Below are positions 30,801 through 40,239 of a DNA stretch of 64,000 nt, one piece after another. This stretch comes from Rebecca billardiae RCC1528 (taxonomy: Eukaryota > Protista > Haptophyta): contig OZ251224.1 in NCBI GenBank assembly GCA_965240325.2, forward strand, positions 2,356,001 to 2,420,000. Reading direction: 5' to 3'. Every line of letters begins with the position of its first letter. Position 1 is the first letter of the stretch. Made by a program: the position numbers and the translations under genes. The notes beneath the pieces are model-generated. The model did not search any database, had not been told where the DNA came from, and saw only the letters and a program-made list of their open reading frames with translations.

Positions 30801-33800
30801 AGCTCCCGGACTCGGCGAGCGCGCCGCCGGCGGGCGGCGCGCGCGACGACCGCGCGCACACGCGCGAAGGGCCAAACTGCGCGAGCAGCAGCGCGTACCG
30901 CGCGTCGCCGTTGTGCGCGTCAAAGTCCGGCGCGTCCGGACTGCGCGGCGGCTGCAGGTCGAGCCGGAGGTCCAGCACGCCGCCGCCGCCGCCGCCGTCG
31001 GCCGACGCGAACTTCTCCCAGAGCCCCTTCAGCTTGCCCTCGGAGCCGGCGTATCTCGGCGCAATCTCGAGCTCGAGCGGCGGCTCGAGATCGCCATCTC
31101 TACAGCGCAGCTCGAGCGGCGGCTCGAGATCGCGATCTCGAGAGCGCTGCTCGAGCGGCGGCTGCCGAGCAGGGCCCGCCGCGCCCTCCGACTGCAGCAC
31201 GGAGCCCTCCGAGCCCGCGCCGCCGCCCTCCTCCTCCACGCCGCCGCCGGCCTCGAGCGCGGCCGCGCTCGCCACCGGCGCGCCCGCGAGCGCGGCCGCG
31301 CTCGCTGCGGGCGCGCCCGCGAGCGCGGCGAGCTTTCGAGGCAAGTAGACGCGCACCAGGTGCTCGACGAGGCCCGGGGGCGGCGTCCGTGGCGTGATGG
31401 CGCCGGGCGGCGCGTGCAGGGGCGTGAGGAGCACGCCCGCCGCCTCGCCCTCCGCACCCGGCCGCGGCGGCCACGCGCGCGGCACGTGCGCCGCGCCACC
31501 CCACCGCTCCCAGTGCAGCCACAACAGGCGCTCGACGGCGCGCGCGCCCTCGGCCGAGGCGGCGGCGGCGCCCAGCTCGCGCGTGAGCGCGCGCTCGAGC
31601 GAGGGCGGCGGGGGCTCGTCCGCTGCGCCGCAGCCCGCCGCGCCCGCCCGCCCGCCTGCGCCCTCCGCCGCGCCCTCCGCGCCGCGCAGCAGCGCGAGGG
31701 CGAAAGACCGTGACCAGCCCGCGCCAACGATACGCGCGGCCGCAGCCTCGCGCGCGGCCGCCGCGCGCGCCGACGCGGAGGGTGCGCCGCCGCCCGCCGG
31801 CGTGGCCGCGTCGGCCGCCGCGCGCACCGCGCACCGCGCCCAGCGCGCGTACGCCTCCATCCGCGCGCCCAGCTCCTGCACGCGCGCGCGCGCGGCGGCT
31901 GCGAACGTCAGCAGCCGATCCGCCTCCGCCTCAGCAGCCGCGCGCACGGCCGCGGCGGCGTCAGCGGCCGCGGCCGGCGCGGCGCGCGCGCGCGCGTGCT
32001 CGCGCGAGGCGGGCGCGGCGCGCGAGCTGCCCGCGCGCGGTGCGGCCTCGGCGGCGGCCTGCAGCAGCAGCGACGCGCACAGCGCTAGCTGGTCGTCGCA
32101 CCCATCCGCCAGGACGAGCGGCCAGATCGCCGTCGGCGGCACTGCACGCAGTGTTGGCCGCGCGCGCAGCAGCGCTGGCAGTACGGGCGACCCCGCGGCG
32201 CGCTTGCTCGCGCCGCTCAGCGCCAGCCACCAGCCCGTCTTCAGCTTGAGCAGCACCTGCGTCCGGCCGCGGCGCACGCCATCCTCGCCGGCAGCCGCAC
32301 CGGCGGCGGATGCGGCGGCGGCGTCGGCGCCGGAGGCCGGCGCCTCGCTGTCGCGCGGCGCTGCGCCACTCGAGCCCGCCGCCGCGCGGAGTCGACACGC
32401 ATCCGAGTCCTCGTCGCTCTCGCGCGCGGCCGCGGCGTCGTGCGCTGCGCGGGAGGGCACCGTGACGCACAGCACCGCGCCCTCCATCCCCGTGCATGCG
32501 CGCACGCGCTCGAGCAGCGCGCGCGTCGCGCCACGCGCCGCGACCGCCGAGGCCGCCGCCGTCGCGCGCGGCGGCTCGGGCGACGCGAGCACAGCGGCGC
32601 GCGCCGCGTCCGCAACCGTCGGCACATGGAAGGGCGCGGCGCGGCGCGCGAGCTCGGAGGGGTCGCACACGTACTCGCCGGTGCGCACGCAGCGCAGCGC
32701 GAGCAGCGTCAGCTCGTCGCGCTCGTGCGCGATGCTCCCCACCGCCTGCCCCCTCGCGCACCACTCGAAGAGCGGCGTCCATCCCTGGCCCAGCCACTTG
32801 CGAGCGAACGCCGAGTAGCGGCGCGCGGGGCGCGCGGCGCGCGCGGCGCGCACGTGCGCGGCCACGGCGGCGCACGGGTGCACGCGCGTGGCCCACACGA
32901 GCGCTCGGTCGTCCGCCCCCGCCCCGCCGCCCGCCTCCGAGCACGCGCCGCCCTCCGCCTGCGCGCCGCCCGCGTCGCTCGACGCGGCGGCGGCGGCGGC
33001 GGCGGCGCCGGTCGCTTCCTCCTCCGCCTCGGCGCGTGCGAACGGGTGCGGGCGCGGCAGCAGGAGCGGCGAGACGAGGCTGCCGTCGAGCTTGGTGCAC
33101 AGCGTCGCGTGCTCGAGCAGCGCGCGCACGCGCTCGTCCTCGTCCGCCGCGGCGCTGGCGGCGGCGCTGTTGGCGCTGCCGGCGGCGCCAGGCAGCGGCA
33201 GCCGCGGCGGCGGCGCCGGCTCGCACGGCGGCGGCGGCGGCGCCGGCTCAATGCTACACAGCGCATCGATAGCCTCCGCCTCCGCCTCGGGTGCCTCGTC
33301 GACGTTGAAGAACTTGTGGAAGCGGCGCGCGAGCACGTGCCCCGTCTGCGCGCACACGAGGAGCCCGCGGCACTCCCGCCGGAGCGCGCGCAGCCAGCGC
33401 TCGCGCGTGCCGCGCCGCGCGCCGCCCGGGTCAGCAAACGTGCCGCCCGCGCCCGCGCCCGCGCGCTCGGCGCGGTAGTCGAAGGCGATGTACGCGCCCA
33501 GGTCGACTTCGACGAAGGCGTCCGACGACGCGATCGCCTCGCGCACGAGCGGGAGCACGTTGCCCTCGAGCACGGGGAACGCCCCGTGCATCTCGAGCGC
33601 CGCCAGGGCCAGACGCAAACGCGCGCGCGCCACGGCCGCCTCGGCCGCGACGGCGGCGTGGCGCGCGGGCTCGGGCGGGAGGGTCGCGCCGGGCGGTTGC
33701 GCTGCGCACAGGCTTGGCTCGGCGCTGCGTCCCTCAGCTCGCGCCTCGCGCGCCTCGTCCGGCGCCACGCCCGCGGGCGAGTTGCCGTCGGCCGCCGCGC

Positions 33801-34401
33801 GGCTCGGTAGCTCGAGCCGAGGCACCGGCGGCGCGTCGCGCCAGTCGACGAGCACGGCGCTCGCGGCCGAGGGCTTGCCCGAGTACTCCTCGCCGACGGA
33901 CACGTTGACGATCGCGTCGTCGCAGAGCATGTGCGCGCACTCCCCGCGAGGCAGCTCCGAGCCCGGCGCGTGCGCGCCGACGCGCGTGCGCAGGAAGAGT
34001 CGAACCCGCGCAACGTCGCGCGTCCTGAGCTTGAGCTTGTTCGCGGCGGCCGTGGCGATGGCGTCAAAGTGGGGCTCGACGACGACGACCGACGACGCGT
34101 CGCCGCGGCCTTTCCCCACGTTGCGCGCGAGCCCAAGCCGCACTTTCTTCGGTCTCGCGCCTTCCGGCATAGCGGCCGGCCCTCGTTGATGTACCGAGTC
34201 CGTGCCTGTGGGACTGGGACAAGGCCGGGCCGCGCCTTCCGTGCCACCGGTCGGGCGGCCCCGGAACTGTGGGCCGGAATCGGGAAGCATGGCGGTCGAA
34301 TTTCGCTCAAGACGCTCGCAGCTGGTCGACAACGGCCTCCTTGGGTGGAAGCTGGTCGAGCGAGTCGGTGTCCACGCCTCGGGACCGATCGCGCCTCGCA
34401 C
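24673..34401 (-). CDS. Giant intronless multi-domain RNA/nucleic-acid repair protein: Ub-like, Rnl1-type ligase, unknown domain, HAD nucleotidase, DEDDy 3'-5' exonuclease, 2H phosphoesterase, R3H, P-loop kinase, AEP primase-polymerase
   Basis: Ligase: RECRGL, FHKFFNVDE, TKLDGSL, LFEW, MEGAV, LKLKT (~33600-32200). HAD: FCDLDGVLCDF..LIDDR (30540-29910). Exonuclease: GLDVEW..LLQLA..SDW..QIAYAAADA (29455-28640). 2H: HHCTL..HVTIS (28230-27885). R3H: RAAVHAYA (~27320). Kinase: RGLPGAGKST..SADDFF..VDNTN (26480-25650). AEP: FVDVD..GAHLH..DSVY..LRMLGSLK (25525-24840). True start may be ATG 34290 or 34170. Confidence 0.88.
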
Positions 34402-34897
34402 CTTTGCGCGAGCTTGTCAGCAGCCCCGCCCCGCCGCCCGAGCCAGCGCTCGCCCTTGCCTCTTGGGCTTGGCTCCATCGCCAGTCGGGAGGAATCACTG
34501 CGCCCAGCCGGAGCAGCTCAGCTGCTCAGCGCCACACACAAACTCCCAGTACCGTACCCTGGGGCTTGTAGCGTTGCAGCAAGTTGTGTTTCAAATACAT
34601 GCGCGGCTGAGTGGTGGCAGGACACCGCGCCCCGGGCGCGACGTGAAATGCTGTCGATGTCGCTGGCGGTGTCGCTGGCCGCATCGTCACGCTGGAAAGC
34701 GCGCAATTCTTTCCAAGCCGCTCCTGAGTCCTGACCAGGTTTGCGCTCAACTTTGGCGCCTTTCCGTCGTCGTAAGAAATGCTTCGATCTGACGGCCGGC
34801 TTGCAGCCGTTTCGTCACACGAAAAGCCCCACTCGGAAGTGAACCGGTCGGCCCAGTGCCCACTGCAGCAACGCGCTCCTCGCGCACAATCAGCGCG

Positions 34898-37121
34898 ATG
34901 AGCGTCGTCGACGCACGCCTGCTCGCCGACGACGAGGCATGCGAGGCGGGGGCGGGCCGATCACAGCCTCAGCTGCCTCCGCGCTGGAGCCGCACCGGGC
35001 TCTCCTGGCCGCGCGCCGCCGCTCTCGCCGCGCTCGCGCTCAGCGCCTGCCTGATCGGCACGCGCGTGCGCCCCGATGCTGACCCGCGCGGCGCCGGCCT
35101 GCTGGCTCGGCTGCGCCAGGCGGGCCCGGGCTCGCCACCGCTGCTCACGCCGACCTGCGCCATGGTGATTCAGACCGTGCGCGACTCCACCGATCGCCTC
35201 ACCCCGCAGCCCGGCTGCGCCGCCTTCCGCCCGGTCGGCGCGGAGGGCGGCGCGGGCGCGGGCGCGGCCCTTCAGCTCGACCTCACAGACGCCGGCACCG
35301 AGCAGACGATCCTCGGCTTCGGCGGCGCGTTCACCGAGGCGTCGGCGCTGACGTGGCAGGCGCTCTCGCCCGAGCTGCAGCACAGGCTGCTCGAGGCGTA
35401 CTTCCACCCCACCGAGGGGATCGGGTACACGCTGGGGCGCGTGCACATCAACTCATGCGATTTCGCGTCGCACTCCTACTCGTTCGACGACGTGCCGGAG
35501 GACTTCGAGCTGTTCCACTTCGACGACGCGGTGTCGCACGACAAGCGCACGCTGATCCCTTTCATCAAGGCCGCGCAGTCCTTCCTCGGCGACGAGCGCC
35601 CGCTGCAGCTCGTCGCGTCGCCGTGGTCACCGCCCGCGTGGATGAAACACAGCTGGGTGAGTGCCGCGGGGCGCGCGCGCGCCGCGGCACGGCCGGCCGG
35701 GGCGTGGGGCGGCCGGGCCGCGCTCGGTGCTGACGCCGATCGTGCCCCTCCTCTGCCGCGCGCCGGCCGCCCCGTCCCGCCTCGTCCTCCCTCGCGCGGC
35801 AGATGATGACCGGCTCCCCGCGCCCCGCCGGGCTGCGCCCCGAGTGCCACTCCGTGTGGGCGCGCTACATCACGCGCTGGCTCGACGCGTACGCGCGGCA
35901 CGGCGTGCAGATCTGGGCGCTCACCCCGCAGAACGAGCCCGAGAACACCGGGCCGTGGGAGGCGTGCGTGTGGGAGGCCGTGGACATGGCCGTGTGGGTG
36001 CGCGAGACCCTCGGGCCGTTTGTGAAGAATGCGCAGCCCAACGTGAAGCTGCTCGCGTATGACCACAACCGGGTGCGTGCGGCGCCGCGCGGCCCGTCCA
36101 GACGGCCCCACGCGCCAGCTGCGCGCGCGCGCAGCTAGCCGGCGGCGCGCTCACCTCCGCGCCCACCCGCCCCGCGCCGCGCCGGGCGCAGGACCACATG
36201 CGGCAGTGGGCGGACGTGACGTTCTCAGACCCAAATAACGCGCGCTGGTTTGCCGGCATGGCGGTGCACTGGTACGCAGGCGACCACTTCGACGCGATCC
36301 GGGACGTGCGCACGCGGTTCCCGGACAAGGTGATCTTGAACACGGAGGCGACGTACGAGAAGCACCGCTGGCCCAAGGCGGCCGACGGCTCGCCCGTCCT
36401 CCCGCTCAGCGGCGACGGCGAGTGGGCGTTTGGGCTGGGCTATGCGCACGACATCCTCGGGAGCCTCACTGCCGGCTCATCCGGCTGGATCGACTGGAAC
36501 CTGCTGCTCAACGAGAGGGGCGGTGCGCGCGCGAGCAGGCGGGCACGCGCGCGCACGGACGGCGGGCAGCCTGAGCCCATGCGCGACGCCGGCGGCGGTG
36601 GCGCGATGCGCCGGCCTCACGCGCGCCCGTCCGCGCGCGCCGATCGCCGCGCGCGCGCCCCCGCAGGCCCCAACCACGCCAACAACGCGTGCGACGCGCC
36701 CGCTGTGGCCAACATCAGCGCGCAGGAGCTGAACTTCCACGCGCAGTACTACGCGATCGGCCACTTCTCCAAGTTCGTCCCGCCGGACTCGACCCGGCTC
36801 GTCGCGCGCGCGACGGCGGGCGACGGCTCCGGTCTGCCAAGCGCGCCCGCGGGCCGACCGTACGGCACGTGCACCGCAGCGGACGGCGTGCAGGCGGCTG
36901 CCTTTGTCCGCCCGGATGGCAAGGTGGCGACGGTGGCGCTCAACTGCGGGGACGAGCCGAGAGACTGGCGCATCGTCGACGGCGAGGTGGCAATCGACCT
37001 CTCCATCCCCGCGCAGAGCATCCAGACCATCCTGCACGAGCGGCCGACGGAGGAGAGCCTCGGCTTGATGCGCGCTCAGCTGGCCGAGTCCGAGGCGGCT
37101 GCGGCACGCCGGCGCGCATGA
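34898..37121 (+). CDS. GBA: GH30 glucosylceramidase-like glycoside hydrolase (about 4 exons)
   Basis: QTILGFGGAFTEAS, GIGYTLGRVHINSCDFASHSYSFDD, ASPWSPPAWMK, ALTPQNEP (acid/base), MAVHWY, NTEA (nucleophile), GWIDWNLLL, YYAIGHFSKFV. Introns at ~35657-35802, ~36073-36191 and ~36523-36666. Confidence 0.92.
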
Positions 37122-37961
37122 ACGCCTGACAACGCGCCGCGCCGTCAGTGTCTGGCGACAATACTGTACTACTGGGCTCGTCAGACTGGCATCAAGAACG
37201 GTAAACATCGTGTATCGACCGCCGTCGTCCGTAACTATATACGTACGTTTTTAATATAGCGCTACAGTACGTACGACATGCAATTTTAGTCAATAATCAG
37301 CAAGTAACGATAATCGTCATCATAATCAACTCGTCCGGACCCGGCACTCGCACTACTCATCAGTCTCAGACCAATTCTATGATTTAAAGACACATCAGGC
37401 ACGAGGGCGCAGCTCTCTTATTGATTCGTCGTCTGTAGTGGTACTGGTCGAAGCTTGCAGCAGTGGCACTGGCAGTGGTGTGACTGTGAGCACGTTGATG
37501 ACATTGGCAGACCATCATCATGTAAATATACAGTTTATTTAAGACGTGGCATGACCAGCAATGATAACGTCATACCAATCGTCGCGTCAATCGTCGGCGC
37601 GTCGTCGCTGATGATCGATCAGTGATGCCCGATCCGCCATCCGGATCGCGATTCGCGTGACGCTTGGCAGTCGTCAGCGCAACGCTTACGGTCGCGCGAT
37701 CATCAGTCTGTCCGTCGTGATGCGGAGGTTGAGTATCGTCTCTTCACACCGCCGCCGTGACCGGAACAGCAAGGTGCACCGAGCGTCATCCCCTTCCTCA
37801 CCGACTCCCCATCGCGCCTGCCTCGGGCGCACGGACGCGCTTCGGTCCGATCCTCGCGCGCCTGTCACACCGGCGGCACCGCGCGCTGCATCGCGCGAGG
37901 CGCGCATGCGGCCGGGCCAGCATCCATCCCCATGCGGCCACCCCCAGAGCCCCCCGGCCTC

Positions 37962-39068
37962 TCATGCGAGCCGCTGCGTGACGGCGGCGCCCTCGAGCCC
38001 CGCGGCGGCGATGGTGAGCCCTCGGTCGGCGAGCTCGACCGGCGGGAACCCCGCGAGCAGCCGCTGCCGCTCGCGCGTGCCCACCGCCGCCTGCGCCACG
38101 AAGCGGTACAGGTCGCCGACTGTGCTGTCCAAGTTGAGCCGAACGCGCAGCCGCGCGCCGTCGGCGAGCCGCACCTGTACGGTGGTCGTGGGTCTGGCCT
38201 CGTCGACGGCGAAGCCAGACTCGCCCGCGCCCTCGCCCGCGCCCTCGCCCGCGCTGCCCGCGTCGCCATTCGCCTTCGCCACCACCGCCGCCGCCGCCGC
38301 CGCCGCGGGCTCGGCTGCGCCGCCGGGCGTAGCGGTCTCGGGCTCGGCGCCACCGAGTGTTCGGCCTTCGCCCGTGAACGCGCGGAAGGCCGGCGGCGGT
38401 GGTGGCGCGTACGGCTGCGTGCGCATGTCGCGCAGCTGGACCTCGACGCGCACCGGCCGCCCTCGGCTGTCGAGCTGGCGCAGCTCGGGCGGGAGCACCT
38501 TCATCTCGAGCATCTTGAGGAAGAGGCGAGAGGGCGGGTCGTGCGGGTCTCGGAGCGGGCCGTCGTCGACCGAGAAGCCGTCCGCCCAGAAGGTGATCAT
38601 GATGGTGCGCGTGGTGAGCTCGTCGCCCTCGTCGGCGGATGCCGCGGCCGCGGGCGCCGAGGCGCCCGGTTCCAGCCGGCCGCCCGCGAGCGAGTACCCA
38701 GCGCCCGTGAACGCGCGCGGCAGTGCTGCGCGCGTGTCACCGCCGCTGGTCGCATCCATGTCACCGCCGCCGCCGCCGCCGCCATTGGCGTGCCCGCGGG
38801 CCGGTACGCGCTCGGCGCTGTCGAGCAGGCGCTGGTCGAGATCAGCCCCTCCCAACTCGCCGCCGTCCCCCACGTCGTCCCCGTCCTCGTCCAGATCGTC
38901 CTCGTCCTCGTCGTCCTCGACGCCGCCGCTGCCATCAAAGAAAGCCGAGAGCGCGGCGGCAATGTCCCCGCCCGCCGCGTCGAGGTGGGCGCGCGCCGTG
39001 GGCTCGTCGACGCCGCAGGCGTCCATAAAGTGTGCGAGCACGCTCTGCCGCCCATCCGAGTCGCCCAT
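37962..39068 (-). CDS. NSFL1C: p47/Shp1-like p97 cofactor (UBA-like, SEP, UBX)
   Basis: FMDACGVDEPTARAHLDAAGGDIAAALSAFF (UBA-like), ITFWADGFSVDDGPLR..P.SRLFL (SEP), AFTGEGRTLG (SHP box), TTTVQVRLADGARL..TVGDLYRFV..AGFPP (UBX). Confidence 0.92.
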   Translation of the reverse strand: MGDSDGRQSVLAHFMDACGVDEPTARAHLDAAGGDIAAALSAFFDGSGGVEDDEDEDDLDEDGDDVGDGGELGGADLDQRLLDSAERVPARGHANGGGGGGGDMDATSGGDTRAALPRAFTGAGYSLAGGRLEPGASAPAAAASADEGDELTTRTIMITFWADGFSVDDGPLRDPHDPPSRLFLKMLEMKVLPPELRQLDSRGRPVRVEVQLRDMRTQPYAPPPPPAFRAFTGEGRTLGGAEPETATPGGAAEPAAAAAAAVVAKANGDAGSAGEGAGEGAGESGFAVDEARPTTTVQVRLADGARLRVRLNLDSTVGDLYRFVAQAAVGTRERQRLLAGFPPVELADRGLTIAAAGLEGAAVTQRLA

Positions 39069-39363
39069 CGCTGTCAGCGCCCGGGCGCGAGCTCGCAGGC
39101 CCCGTCCCACCAGTGCTCGCGCGACGCAATTTACTGCAAGCTGAGGCAGCAGTGCATCTCCACGTCCGGGAATCTCGTCAAGCTGGGCAGCCAACGACCG
39201 GCGCGGGCGCGCCCGCGGGATGCGACCGGTTGCCACAAGTAGTTCGACGCGAACTTCCTTCGAAAAAGTCGTAGTTTATTTGCTTCTCACCCGGCCGGGT
39301 GGGCAGCCCGTCCGGCAGTGGCAGGTTGGCGCGTGGGAGCTGCCTCATCACGAGAAGACGAGC

Positions 39364-39813
39364 ATGGCTGCGCCGGCTCGGCCGATCGCGCTGCTCGCGG
39401 GCAGCCTGCCGTGGCTGGTGCTGTGCCCGATGAACGTGCTCAAGGTGCTTATGAACAAGCGCTCGCCCATCGCGCACAAGATCGTGTACGAGGCGTCGGA
39501 GCGCTGCCAGGCCGAGTGCGGCATCGCGCGCATGTGGGCGACCTGCTTCTGGTCGCTGCAGTTCTTCCTCGCGGCCATCCTGTTCTCGCTGTGGGCGTCG
39601 GCGCCGAAGCGGCGGCTCAGCGCCGTGTCGGACGTGGTGCTTCTCGTCGCCGCGGCCAAGCTCGCCCTCGGCGCGCTCCTCCTCCACAACCACGTGAAGG
39701 AGGTCGTGCGCGAGCCAGTCGCCGCGGGCGCGCTGTATGAGATCACGTGTGCGCTTGCACTCGTGGCCGCGGTGATGAAGGAGGGGCGGCGGGGAGATGG
39801 GAAGCGTGCGTGA
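39364..39813 (+). CDS. Small hypothetical multi-TM protein (~149 aa)
   Basis: Coding-like codon usage and about four hydrophobic segments (IALLAGSLPWLVL, FWSLQFFLAAILFSLW, VVLLVAAAKLALGALLL, ITCALALVAAV). Confidence 0.6.
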   Translation: MAAPARPIALLAGSLPWLVLCPMNVLKVLMNKRSPIAHKIVYEASERCQAECGIARMWATCFWSLQFFLAAILFSLWASAPKRRLSAVSDVVLLVAAAKLALGALLLHNHVKEVVREPVAAGALYEITCALALVAAVMKEGRRGDGKRA

Positions 39814-40239
39814 GGGTTGGTTGCGCAGCAGGCCGCCCGAACGTGCCTGGTCACCCTCGAGCCGGCGTCAGACGACGTGTCGCCCTCCCGCCCTCCCGTA
39901 GTCGCGCCAGCTCACTCATGCCCGCACCGGGGGCGCCACCAACGTCTTCAGACACACAGACTCAGGGTCCTAAGCCGCGCAATGATTTTATTGCGGCGCG
40001 TCGTGGTAGTCCATCCGATGAACACCCGGAGCCGGTGGCTCAAGCTGCTCGCTCATATGCATGCACCAGTCAGACTATAGATATGCATCTAGCCGTCTGA
40101 ACTTAGTTATCGGTAATAATAACTGAGGCTACGGCTTCATACCGTGATCTCTTATTCCTGAGTGGCACTCATCAGAGACTGGTCCCTGACCCTGAGGCCT
40201 GAGTGGCCTGACCCTCACTCCTCAGATATGAACACGAGC

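Noticed and set aside
24673-34401. Integrated giant virus or Polinton
   Set aside because: Virus-like domains are present, but there is no capsid, packaging ATPase, PolB or integrase, and composition matches host genes.
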